64,000 nucleotides of DNA from Macrostomum hystrix (lineage: Eukaryota > Animalia > Platyhelminthes), in assembly GCA_950097015.1 (NCBI GenBank), contig CATNEN010000034.1, positions 1,302,001-1,366,000 of the forward strand, written 5' to 3'. The notes beneath the pieces were generated by a model. It was not told the DNA's origin. It saw only the letters and a list, made by a program, of their open reading frames with translations, and did no database searches. The first letter of the stretch is position 1, and every line of letters begins with the position of its first letter. Below, one piece after another: positions 1 through 23,019 of the stretch. The translations under genes and the position numbers were made by a program.

Positions 1-1168
1 TTGGGGCAGGTGTAATCAATTATTATTATCAATTATTATTGTACTGAAAATTGATAATTAATTTTTATGCTACAGATTACAAATAGTGAGATGAAACACA
101 TTTATCCCCTATTCCGATCATTCTGTGTACGCTGGGGCTTCGAACCCGGTACTGTGGCGTAAAAAAGTTATCGTGAAAGTTTTTTTTGCAAAATATGGCA
201 AAAACGGTTCATATGCACCAGTTACTACTTTTGCTTTGTTGTAACGGGTTGTTCATTCAGCTGAACATATAAACTTATAGCACATATTTGACCCTTCGGT
301 CCAGCAGGTGGCAAATGCCAAACTTCCAAGCACGCTTCTCTACTCTTAGATATGCGATTTCAATAGGCTCACATTTTGTAAAACTTGGCATCAAGCTCCA
401 TAGGTGAAACTTTCTCTACCCACTTCCAAGCTAAGAGATCAGCAAAAAAACAGATGAGACGATATGTAGCGTAAATCGGACTGGCGACCCGATCTATGTC
501 CTAACAAATCGCTTTAAGCACCTTTGTTCACTAATTAATAATTTGCTAGCTTTTGCAGCTGAAGGTACTATGGTACATATACGAGCAATGTGTAATAACT
601 GCCCGGGGGAATTATACTGGACCAGTTTTAGGCCAAGTGTACAGTCTCAGCCGATGGTGGATGGTTGTCCAACGAGAATTCGTTGTTTCCTGGAAATTGA
701 AACCTTTTTTTCTGGATCGGGATTCGAACCCGGGACGCAATTGACGTTGACGCTACTAAACTTTGCCGCTCTGTGCCAGCTAGATATTGACTTAGGTAAA
801 AAAGTAGCTTTTCGTTGCGGCAACGTTGCAACGTGTGCGTGCGAGAGCACTATCTTTAGTCGTCATTAGAGGGGCCTATTTCATTATTGCACCTTTCTCG
901 GGGACACGGCTCAGCACAGGGTCAAATTCTTCGAGCTGGCTGCGGCACAGCTGATAAGATTAGCGAACTCCGCCAGTACCTCTATCCGTAGCTTCAGTTA
1001 AGAGCAGCAGAAAAGCAGCAAGCGCAAGTTGATTCAGATAGCGGGAGCAGCTCGAACAGGCTGTTTTATTTCTGTCATGAAACAATCTAGCTTTAATAAA
1101 TAGAATTTGATCTGCAATAAAGCAACTAGCTGGACATTGTGGACAATCGATCGCTTCAATAATTGTCC

Positions 1169-12372
<11,204 letters not shown>

Positions 12373-13384
12373 TTGATTCAGGGTGTGTTTGCTGATGTTT
12401 TACTTAGCTAATACTTGTACTTGAACGTTTAAGAACTCAGCACTTGGCAAAGCTAAATGTACACTGGTATTTATGGGCATTAAGGAAACAAACCGATTCG
12501 TATTTCCAAAAGTCAGTCACGCGGCGTGAGGTTAGACAGCGAATTTGAGGGAATCCCCAAAAGCCTTCTAAAATTAGCAATTAGCAGCCAATCAAACTTT
12601 TAAGGAATGGTTCCTTAGTAACTATGGTAAATTAAAATTATCATGTCTCCTAACTGTTGGTGAGAGCGTTTGACACAATGGCTATGCCGCCCTGAACTCG
12701 TGCATACAAGTACACAAGTATTCGATTGTTTAACTAGCTCGTAGTTGAGGTAATTATATTTAATAATGTAACTAAAAAACTTAAAAATGCATGTTAATAA
12801 TTTTACGAGCCGTATTTCGTTCTGCTTATTGAATTTATATGACAATTGACGATAGTTTTGGTGTCATGTGCGTCTTTGGAACTGAATAATTAAAATTTGC
12901 CTTCACAAATATATGCCAATCACTTTGTTAAAAAAACTATCACCTATTTAAAGCCACCTTTTCTAATAGAGCTTTTGTCAATCTTCAAGACTTGAGTCTG
13001 ACAAAAAAACAATATCTGGAGCAAAACAAAAGACGAGCTCGGTGTTTGAAATGTTGACGCGTTGTTTCAATAAACCAGTTTCATTTGTTAAAACGCGATG
13101 AACCCTTCTGTTTATTTAATTGCTAACTTAACTTATTCCCAGAAGTTATATAGTTAAAAATTGAATGCCTCGCTTTTGTCAAACATTAAAAACTAACTTA
13201 GCTTATTACCGGGAGAACAAGGTTAAACAATACAGTAACACAATGCACGCAACACTAAAAAGTACGTCAAAGGGATTGTAGATTTGTTAGGAGAGAATAA
13301 AAAACATTAAAATACAAAATGACAGAATTGATATTTTGGATCAGAGAAGCGCATTAACTTTAGTAATCCCTACTCAATGTCCCC

Positions 13385-13568
13385 TAACTGCAGTTATCCC
13401 ATAGAAATCAGCAATCCCTACTCAGTTGCCGCAGACTGCAGTTATCCCATGAGAATCAGCCATCCCTACTCAGTTGCCACAGACTGCAGTTATCCCATGA
13501 GAATCAGCCATCCCTACTCAGTTGCCACAGACTGCAGTTATCCCATGAGAATCAGCCATCCCTACTCA
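13385..13568. repeat. 48-bp tandem repeat (about 3.5 copies) downstream of the left SUMO; an inverted counterpart lies at about 23160-23272
   Basis: Unit CAGTTATCCCATGAGAATCAGCCATCCCTACTCAGTTGCCACAGACTG. The reverse complement occurs with fewer copies after the right SUMO. Confidence 0.88.
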
Positions 13569-13708
13569 CTTATCCCAGCACTAATCACGCATGCTTTGCA
13601 GGCTAAATCCCAAGCCATGCAACCCCAGCAACAGCAAATGCAAGCCAGTGTGGCGCCGCCCCACACCTCGCAGGCCCAGACCCCGCAATTGAGTTCAGCG
13701 ACTGCGGC

Positions 13709-13975
13709 TCAGTTGCAGCCGCCCACTTGAGACTGGAACACCTCGATGGTGTCGTTCTCCTCCATGTCCAGCGTGGCCGGCGTGTCCGACTCCTCCACAT
13801 TGTTGCCATCAAAGATGAAGCGAACAGTCTGTGGTCGAAGGCCAAGCCGGTCACAGTAGGTGGTCATCAGCTTCCGCAGTGGAGTGTTCTTCTTGATCTT
13901 GAAGTGAATTACCGCTCCATCCTGACCCTGCACCTTCAGGTTGATGTGCTCGCTGGAGGCATTAGTTCCTGACAT
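13709..13975 (-). CDS. SUMO: Small ubiquitin-like modifier (SUMO), left copy, intronless, 88 aa
   Basis: [45 protein letters not shown]...RFIFDG...[25 protein letters not shown] shows SUMO motifs and a di-glycine followed by a 2-aa propeptide. The first ATG is at 13975 (the ORF track starts at an upstream TTG). Confidence 0.92.
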   Translation of the reverse strand: MSGTNASSEHINLKVQGQDGAVIHFKIKKNTPLRKLMTTYCDRLGLRPQTVRFIFDGNNVEESDTPATLDMEENDTIEVFQSQVGGCN

Positions 13976-16058
13976 GCTGACTTGTATAGCTGGGGCCAAT
14001 TGCTGCAGTGCAATGTTAGATGCAGAGTTGTGTTGAGCAAAGTAACTGAATTGGTACTGTCACATTTTTGCCACTGTTTTTTAAGGCTTATATATATCAA
14101 AGTATTCCTTAGCTATTATACAAAAGGCCCAGTTTAGACCTAGCTACTAATGCACATGCACATTTTAAATTTTACCTATTAGTTTTTCTGATGTATTTTT
14201 ATGTACATTTTTGCTAATTTTTCTGGCAGAATTTAAGCAACAGAGCCAGGCATAGTGTAATTATTTGTCTTTATTCACTAAGACTTGATCCTTTATGCTT
14301 GGTCAGTTTATAGCTATTTCAATCAAATACCAAAATAAAACCAAATCTGATGCTGCAGATAGAAAAATATCATTAAAAAATACTCATACAAAAACTTGAC
14401 ACTATCCCACCTGTAAAAAATGCCATGTTAAATTATTTTACACACTTTTATACACATTCTCGCTATGTGAGTCATGACAGAATTCTCCAGAATATTAGCT
14501 CAGCCTATTAGCTGAAATTAGTCAACCTGGCTAGACAAGTCAGGTTTTGTCTAAAATGTGTATGCAAGCTAATATTTTAAGCCTAAAGTCTAGGTGCAAA
14601 TTAAAATATCTAGTTGCAGATTGCATCCACATCAAAAATAAATTATAACTCATAAAATACATAAGTCTATTAGAATTAAGAAAATGGAACACTTTTGTTT
14701 CATTGGTGTTTTTTAAGTAAATATATATTTCTCACTTTTTATTTTGAAGATAAAGAAGAAAATAAATGAATATATATTGCTTTAATTTGTCAAGGAGGAC
14801 AATAGCTTAACAATGAGACTTTCTTATCTTTCTTTTTTTGTAAAATTTGGCCATTTCAAAATGGATATAGGCAATGTACTGGGCAGATATGGATATGGTA
14901 ATGCTAATGTAATGGTTAATTACATGCATTATTTTTGATTTGTTAAAACAAAAAAAAGCAATTGCAGTGCTAAGAGTAAAAATCAACTGAGGGTTAGGAC
15001 TTTGAAATGTAGCCATTCTTGTCCTGTCCTAAATATATTTGATACAGTTTATTTTTAGGGCTAATTCCAATAATTGAGTTTTTTTGTTTATTTTCCTTTT
15101 AAGTTGGCAATTCATAAAATTTTGGAAACCTTCTTTTGTAACCTTCAGCAACTGTTAGCTGGAGAATGCCAACTTGCACAGTTGCAGTGGCACCTTGCCT
15201 TAGAAAAAATCTGATAAAAGATTTGCAATATTCTAATTTTTACAACTTTTCTATCCCTTTCTTACCCAATTGCATGCATATAAATCCCATTCCTATTGTA
15301 CTCCTACTCTGCCAGCTGCCAGTCTTATCCCCCTTCTCCACACCTATCAGCACATGCACACTCATGAAGAATATTATGTAGAATAGGCCTAGTATGGGAA
15401 TAGGAAATTTCTAGTTTAAATCTTAGAGGGGCACCAACTAGTCTAGTGCTATGTAGTTAAAATATAATATTCACTATTGGTCATCCTTGACCAATACCTA
15501 ACATGTGGTATAGTATGCCGAATATAGTGCGCTGTGAAAGTTTAACACATAGGCAATTGCTTAATGATTGATGTTCAGTGGTCCCACTGAGGCGCGAATG
15601 CGCGAATTTTATAGCAATGGCGCGAATTTTTTGCCACTGATTAGTACAAAATTTTCGAAAGTTCATGCTTCTAGCTTTTTTTGGCAATGTGGGATCAATT
15701 GTGTTCATGTGTCAAACTAAAAATACACTTGCAGATGTCTTTAGATTAAGCTTTGTTTACTTTTTCTGTTACAAGTACTCATGATCTTTCGTGCCTTATT
15801 TTTGTTCTGTTGTATTACAAGCCTATTTTACATAGTCAAATAGCATTAGGATAAGAATTTTTTTAACTTAGCAATTTGACTGACATGCAGTTTCCGTTAT
15901 GCATGCTGTAAGTACTCATAGTGAAAGTTGAGATACCAGTTTTAATATTACAGAGCTCAAAGCTGCATGTTAGAAAAGTCACTGAAATGTTCAAGTGTAG
16001 CATATGCTTTACTTTTTAACTGCTTTTTCAGCTATCAAGAAGCCCATCAATTATAACT

Positions 16059-18416
16059 ATGAAAAAAGCCAAAAATGTTACATGGAGTGAGGATTGACTG
16101 AACGAGACGGACAAAAATGGGGACAAAATCTCCCTATGGGCAATTTTATGTCAAAGTGATGCAAATGCGAAACAAAAAAAGGCCCACTGCAAACGGTGCA
16201 AGAAGGATTTTTCTTACAACAGTGGCCTAACGACTCTGAAAAGCCACTCTGAAGCTGCCAAACATAAGCGAATTTCTATAGCTCAGATGAATTGCATGCC
16301 CCTTCCTGTGCAGGTTCTGCCACGTGACTCTGAAGAACCTTTAGGAGCTGGAGCTGTTCCTGAAAGTGCAGCCAGATGTGCGGAGATTCTCTATGTTGCC
16401 AGAATTGTGCTAAAGTCGCACAGTTTTCTCTCTGAGGACGACTTCGTGGATGATTTGCGTGTGATGTGCCCTGACTCGAAAATTCCGAGTCAAATGCAAC
16501 TTGGTGCCACTAAAATTACCTACTTTTTGATGGACGCGCTATTTCCCTACGTCAGAGAAATTGTGCTCGCTGAGATTTGTGAAGCCAGTTTTTTTCACTG
16601 CAAGTTGATGAGGCGAACAAAGGAAAAAAGTTTCTTGGCATTGTTGCTCGGTATCTTCCCAAGAATTCATTCAACGTTAAGGTTGTTTGCCTTGACCTAC
16701 TGCAGCTGCAATCAACTACAGCGGAGCAGATTACCACGACAATTTCAGAGGCAGTTAATTCCGCAGACCTGGTGAAGGCAAACTGTCTGTCTGTCATGAG
16801 CAATAACTGCAATGCAATGCGCGGATCGAAGAGCGGTGTTGTAGTGCGGCTTAAGACAGATGCAGGTTTCTCCAACGTTGTCGACCTTGGCGGTTGTTCC
16901 CTTCATCACATTGCTAATGTTTCGAAGCATGCTTGTGCTGCTTCTGAGCTTGGTGTTGAGACTGAAAACCTAGTTAGACAAATTTACTGTTTCTTCAAGT
17001 TTTCGCACGTGGATCGGGGCAATTTTGAAACTCTCATCTCTGACTTTGAGGGCATCAAGACGCTTGCTTTTCTTCGGCCTGTTGGCACTCGTTGGCTTCA
17101 AATTTTGGCAGTGGTAGAGCGCGTTATTCACTTGTTCGAACCGTTGGTGAAATTTTTTTACACCAAACCCTGGAATTGTTCAAACTCTGCCAAATTCAAA
17201 GAAGCACTGCATGATCCAAATACGAAGTTTTTTTCTCTATTTTCTGGCTGAAGTCCTAAAACCGCTTCAAGAGTTCGAACTTCTATTTCAACGTGAAAGC
17301 ACGCAGATTCACTTGCTGCACGGCCAGATGCTAAATCTCCTGAAGCATTGGCTGCTACGGTTCATGAAACCACACAAACTTCCTGAGAAGTTCTGGTCCA
17401 TAGAGCTGACAGACCTGACGAGCTCTTCTATATGGTGCAAGCCATACAAAATTGGAATGGGTGAGCCAGCCAGGCGACTGTTTGTCGAAATTTCTGCAGA
17501 CCACCAACAGAAGTCCTTTGAGTCCATAAAGGCATTTTTTCTGAAAGGCACAGAAAAGCTACTGGCCTACCTTCCTTTTGACAGCAAGTTTCTAATCGCG
17601 TGCCAAATTCTTGGTCCGGAAAATCAGCAGCATGCTAAATATGTGAAGTGGGTTCGCTACTTGGTGTGTAATCTTCCAAGTGTTTTCAAGGACACAGAAA
17701 TCGGTTCATTGGAAGTTGAGGCCCGTTTACATCAAACCGAACTGAAGTCTGATTCTGCAGGCATTGCCAATTCAGATGTGGTAGCTTTTTGGACAAACTT
17801 TCGAACAGACTGGGTGAGAAGCGTCCTTTGCCGATCCGACTTGTCCGAGCAATTTTGATCCTTCCTCATGGAAATGCGGAGGTCGAGCGCATATTTAGCA
17901 CATTGAATGACAGTCACGTAGAAACACTCAGTTCTGAAACCCGAAACAATCAGGGCATTGATCGTAACACGTTCCTGCCTTCAACTCAAGCAATGGACTG
18001 CTACTACTATACCAGTCACAACTGTTCTGCTAAACTTGTGCAACAGCGCCTACAGCGACAAGGCAGCTGCTGAGGAGGCACAGTGTTCAAAGGAGCTAGC
18101 CAAATCGCTCACTCTCGAAGTTCAAGCCGAGAAGCAGGCCAGCAAGGTCATTTCAAGTTTGCAGGAGAAAATTGTCGAAAAAGAAAAGGAGTTAGAGGCC
18201 AAGCTTAAGGAGGAAGTCACCCACCAATTGCTATTAAATGTTCAGAGAGCCGAAGAGAAGTGGCAGCACGAAATTGAGATGGTAAGAAAGGAGCTCCACA
18301 AAATTCAGCAGCTCAAATTGAAAGAAGCGGAGCGTGTGACCAAAAACGTGATCAAGCGAAAGGCATCTGAACTAGCACTGGCCAGCTCGGAAGCTGCAGG
18401 CACAGTGCCGGTTTGA
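16059..18416 (+). pseudogene. hAT transposase pseudogene with N-terminal Cys/His zinc finger, RNase H-like core, dimerisation motif and coiled-coil tail
   Basis: ATG at 16059 with in-frame TGA at 16095-16097 (WSED*L). Zinc finger HCKRCKKDF...KSHSEAAKH. A frameshift in a T-run near 16589-16595 precedes FSLQVDEA (first catalytic D). The second D position reads N (MSNNCNAM). CxxH motif GCSLHH and C-terminal LPHGNAEVERIFS (catalytic E) are present. Further frameshifts occur near 17230, 17790 and about 17950. Confidence 0.85.
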
Positions 18417-19223
18417 TCGCTGCATAAAATCCCGAGGCATCAGTAATTAGCCTTCAATGACAGTGAATCACCGACATGTACATTTAACCCATTTTGCTAC
18501 ATTTATAATGAATCTATTATCACGCAGAGCTGTTCTTAAATGATGCCAACTGTCTGCAGCATGACTTAAATCCCATTGCTCTGTTCAAACCTAGATCTCA
18601 TATTCTGAGGATGGGCTACAGTCTATAAATTCAACAGGAGCAGAAAGGTACTGATGATGTGCTATCAGCTACGACTGAAAGTTATATGTACTGTTAGTTT
18701 ATAGATGAAAACAGTTTCTTGAATCCATTTTTCTTAAATATTCAGCAAAGGTAGTACTCGTTTGCTAAGTAGCCTCTGCCCAGATCTAGACCAAATGCGA
18801 TCTAAGGTTTAAATTACTAAATTCTATTTGTTACTTACTTTACTTACTTAAAATGAAATGCAAATAATATACTCGTATTATGACTTATGTACTTCATGTT
18901 TTTCCAACTTCAAATGTTACATTATTTAGTCTTGTGCTGTGTAAGCTATTAAAGTTGAATTTTCGTATGTGCAAAAGTATCACGTACTGGCTGGCCATTA
19001 ATTCTGTTTTATTGCTAAGTTAGCTGTAGGTCTTGTCTAACTTCCTGCAGTTTTTTGTAATCCATTAAATTTTTTTGTAATTTGTAAACTGGAATAAAAT
19101 ATGAAAACTAAAATGCTACAAATATTTTGTTTGTAATCCTTGGTTGCTGGAATCATTAATTTCTGAAAACAATGTAAGCGGAAGACTAAAATTGACTATC
19201 AGGTAGTTGTAGTTGCATCAAAC

Positions 19224-19778
19224 CCATAGTCCGGATCATGTCGTTTACGCCGGAGATCTCCGGCGTAAATCTGGTTTGGGATCGGAGGCTGGCATAAGTG
19301 CTTGGCGTAAGTATAGGCCAAAATGTGCCTTGGCGTAAGTGTTTGGCATAAGTACATGGCATAAATCAAGTGGCGTAAATGTTAGCACAAATGAGATCAT
19401 TCACGATCAAATATATCACTATAGAACATAACACATTTGCGTTAATTATGATGTTAAGGAGCAGCATTAAAACAAAGTTCATTAAAATATTGCAGTTCGT
19501 ATTAATGAGATAGCAGAATATCTATTGTAGGATAGCAAAATTTTTTTAGCTTTAAGATGCTTACTTTGATACTTGATTCAGAATTTGCAACTTGTGAGAT
19601 TTTTAAACAGTTGCAACTTCTGAATTTAATTAATCACTGATTAACAAGAATTGTGAAGGACCGTTTTTGGGTGGCGTAAGTCAAAGGGACCTTTTTTTGG
19701 TTGGCGTAAGTCTGGCGTAAGTGCCAAAAAATGTTGGATTTTTCCTCCGGCGTAAGTCCAGCATGATCTGGACTATGG
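19224..19778. mobile_element. Non-autonomous MITE (555 bp) nested inside the hAT element
   Basis: 17-bp TIR CCATAGTCCGGATCATG / CATGATCTGGACTATGG (1 mismatch); perfect 8-bp TSD CATCAAAC at 19216-19223 and 19779-19786; many subterminal GGCGTAA motifs at both ends. Confidence 0.88.
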
Positions 19779-20597
19779 CATCAAACATCAACACAGTTTG
19801 TATTTTCGCATACATTTTTGCTCAGTGTACCGCAGGCCTAAAAAATACAGTGCACCCTTTACAACGTTGTGGGCGCCATATGATTTTGAGCTAGGTGCGA
19901 AAAAAAAGAATGGCGCGAAAAATCAGTGACCTACTCCCTGGGACCACTGTTGATGTTGATTTTGCTAATGCACACACAATGGTGCTTCCTTTTGAACTGC
20001 TGGTACTCAGTAGATAAGTAAAAGTCAAGATAGGGCATTAAGATATGATACAATTATTTATGGTAAGCAGAGGCAGTGCTTTCTGCTAAATAGGGCCTAA
20101 CCATATAAACCAACTAAAATGCAAAATTCAATTATGGAAATATAAATAGCCTTACAAATAGTAAAGTGAAGCGAAAAAAACAAATGCTTTACCTATGCTA
20201 TAGTTGCAACTAATCGACTACATATTAATTTTCTTAAGCTAAAGCCTATTTAGCAGAATGCTATTATGATTAGAAAAATCGAAGTCCGATCGTCAGGCAC
20301 GGCAACGGGACATGGCACGCTGGCACGGCCTGGCCTTGAAACGAATCGAATTATGCAATTTTGAAAACTACTAAATTTTACGAAACAAGTCTAGACAAAC
20401 TTATACATTTTAAACCAAATTTTAAATGACAAATACTAATAAAAGCAATTAAAACTGTTCTCTACGGCTCAAATTTTGATCTTGCAACTTATCTATATAT
20501 GTATATCATAAAAATACTATACCTTCTAAGAAAAAATAATTAGCCCTGTTCTTCATAAATTTTGGTAAAACGTATTAATTGTAAACTAGAAATAACT

Positions 20598-20899
20598 AAT
20601 GTATGAGTTCCCCGACAGACATTTTCCGACCGATATTTTTCACTTTAAGCAAAAATTTAAACAAAAACACGAACTCTCGAACCAAAAGACGCATCTGAAA
20701 AAGCCGTCAGAGCACACTTTAAAAGTTTCTTCAGTAGCAAATCATTGACGAAACTATTCGTCCCGCACATTTTTTAAAGCATAGCTCGGCGTCAGAGACG
20801 GACATACACTTTAGGTTCGAGAGTTCGTGTTTTTGTTTTAATTTTCGCTTAAAGTGAAAAATGTCTGTCGGAAAATGTCTGTCGGGGAACACATACATT
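20598..20899. mobile_element. Fold-back MITE (about 300 bp) with about 85-bp inverted repeats
   Basis: Left arm AATGTATGAGTTCCCCGACAGACATTTTCCGAC...CACGAACTCTCGAACC is mirrored by GGTTCGAGAGTTCGTG...GTCGGAAAATGTCTGTCGGGGAACACATACATT. The TSD is ambiguous (TA is possible). Confidence 0.8.
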
Positions 20900-21317
20900 T
20901 TAATAAGTAACTTAATATATTTTCCTATTCTAATTCTAATCTAGTATTTTCTGTATATTCACGCTCTTTGTTATGGTTGCCTTGACCAAAAATTCTAATT
21001 TTGTTTGTTACATAGTGTTACATTACTGTTACATCAGGGCCTTTACTTTTTAAACAGTACACGCAATAAATTCTGTTCAACTTCACTTCATTATAATGTT
21101 TGGATTGTTAGCATATTACCATGCTGTAAAGTTAATAAATTATTTTTTGTGGTGGAATGTTACTTAATTTTATGAATAAATAATAAAATGGTTAGTTGGC
21201 TGTGGTCAAAATATGCTCTGGAGATATTGCAGATCTTAGGTTAGCTATTTGATATATTCTCTACAAAATATATAGTAAAATAGTTAATAAAAGAGGAGAA
21301 GATTTGGTATTCTTTTG

Positions 21318-21721
21318 GGTACCTGGACACTTCGTCATCTTACAACTTTGTCATCCAGATGACAATCTGTCCAATATCTTAGAGGGTGGATGACGAAGAG
21401 ACTTAGACTTGTGGACACTTCGTCATCTATAAAACAAAAGTTTTCAAAGTTAGAACAGAACCACCCCTCCTCATATCGTGTTGGCACCTATCTTTCAACA
21501 CTTATAATGAAATCAGTTTTGACACCTCTTTTTGATAATTTAGAGTGTGAAGTGTGTTCACACCTGCCCCACCACCCCACGTCCCCACCCTCACTTTATT
21601 GATGACGAACTTGATTGCTTGTTATTAGAAGATGACAAACTGACCAAACTTTAAAGCATGCCAATTGGCTGGATGACGAAGTGTCCTACCTTCGAAGTGG
21701 ATGACGAAGTGTCTAGGATCC
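21318..21721. mobile_element. MITE (404 bp) with GG...CC termini and 8-bp TSD, Merlin-like
   Basis: Imperfect 22-bp TIR GGTACCTGGACACTTCGTCATC / GATGACGAAGTGTCTAGGATCC; perfect TSD TTCTTTTG at 21310-21317 and 21722-21729; internal repeats of GACACTTCGTCATC. The superfamily call rests on terminal GG plus 8-bp TSD only. Confidence 0.82.
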
Positions 21722-22752
21722 TTCTTTTGTAGGTCTATTCCTATTGTGTCAATTCTAATCTAAGTTAAGACCTATGTGGATTTGGAGTCAGTTTGTTTCT
21801 TACTTTGTGTTTTGGAAATTTGGTTTAGGTTTAGAGTTTAGTTGGATTCACAGGATCAGTTGCAAGTACAGAGAAGAAGTGCAAGGTCTGACGTGGGTTA
21901 GACTGTTTTCTCTCAGTGCAAGGACTTACATATTACATTGACCAAAAGTTCTGGACAAATCCTAAAAGTCCTTGCAAGTGTATTTTTTTATTTAATGTGT
22001 CTGTATATGTAGAGAGACGAAAGGTAAGCCACTGGCAAAGGATCACCTTGATGTGCTATTTTTACTCAATGAAACCTGTACTATATTCCTAATCCATTAC
22101 ATTTATATCACCATTTTAATGGACAGTTGTAGCTATTTTATAGCTAGCTTAACTAAACATTGTTCTGTTAAGGCTTTTTCATATTATTTAAACATAACTA
22201 GCTCTGTTCTAAATTTGTGCTAGCCTATACTAACTATGAAAGCTAGTGAAGCCTTTAGTAAACCATTGTCATTTTGTTTAAATGAGCCCATTTTTTGAGA
22301 CATGAAGCATATAGGGAAACATTAGGCTATGAGCTATCCCTTATTCTCCTATCCTCTGGAATGCAAGAGTCATTCATTCCCCACCTCAATCTTAGCCAAT
22401 TAGACAGGGGGTAATGTGGCAACCACCTCTCATCCATGGAGCCAGTCAGAGCTGTGGAGGTCTTGGTCATGCGCACTTAGATCATACTTTGAAAATTAGG
22501 TCTAATATCCAATGGTTAGCCACTTTTTTTCCTGAAAATTTAATAGTTATATTTATCTAGTGTTTATCTTTGTTAAGAGACTAATGATCTTAGTAAAATT
22601 AATCTCAGGTTTTATGACTTTTTCTGGTATATCTGTAAAATATTAGGGAAACAGTGGCAAAGATGTGACAGTACCAATTCAGTTACTTTGCTCAACACAA
22701 CTCTGCATCTAACATTGCACTGCAGCAATTGGCCCCAGCTATACAAGTCAGC

Positions 22753-23019
22753 ATGTCAGGAACTAATGCCTCCAGCGAGCACATCAACCTGAAGGTGCAG
22801 GGTCAGGATGGAGCGGTAATTCACTTCAAGATCAAGAAGAACACTCCACTGCGGAAGCTGATGACCACCTACTGTGACCGGCTTGGCCTTCGACCACAGA
22901 CTGTTCGCTTCATCTTTGATGGCAACAATGTGGAGGAGTCGGACACGCCGGCCACGCTGGACATGGAGGAGAACGACACCATCGAGGTGTTCCAGTCTCA
23001 AGTGGGCGGCTGCAACTGA
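22753..23019 (+). CDS. SUMO: Small ubiquitin-like modifier (SUMO), right copy, intronless, 88 aa
   Basis: By eye, the CDS is nucleotide-identical to the reverse complement of 13709-13975. ATG at 22753, TGA at 23017-23019. Confidence 0.92.
   Translation: MSGTNASSEHINLKVQGQDGAVIHFKIKKNTPLRKLMTTYCDRLGLRPQTVRFIFDGNNVEESDTPATLDMEENDTIEVFQSQVGGCN

Larger units (their letters stand above)
15576..19949 (+). mobile_element. hAT-superfamily DNA transposon, 4374 bp, complete ends, decayed transposase
   Basis: TIR CAGTGGTCCCA (15576-15586) and TGGGACCACTG (19939-19949); perfect 8-bp TSD TTGATGTT at 15568-15575 and 19950-19957; internal transposase remnants. Confidence 0.92.

Noticed and set aside
298-315. 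CTCF-like motif CCAGCAGGTGGCA (also CGCCCCCTGGCG near 60908)
   Set aside because: Short motif matches are expected by chance, the presence of CTCF in this organism is unknown, and there is no supporting evidence.
710-790. B-box-like GGTTCGAATCCC on the minus strand (and a similar word near 136-148)
   Set aside because: Isolated Pol III-like motif without a complete tRNA fold; probably eroded SINE heads, too weak to annotate.
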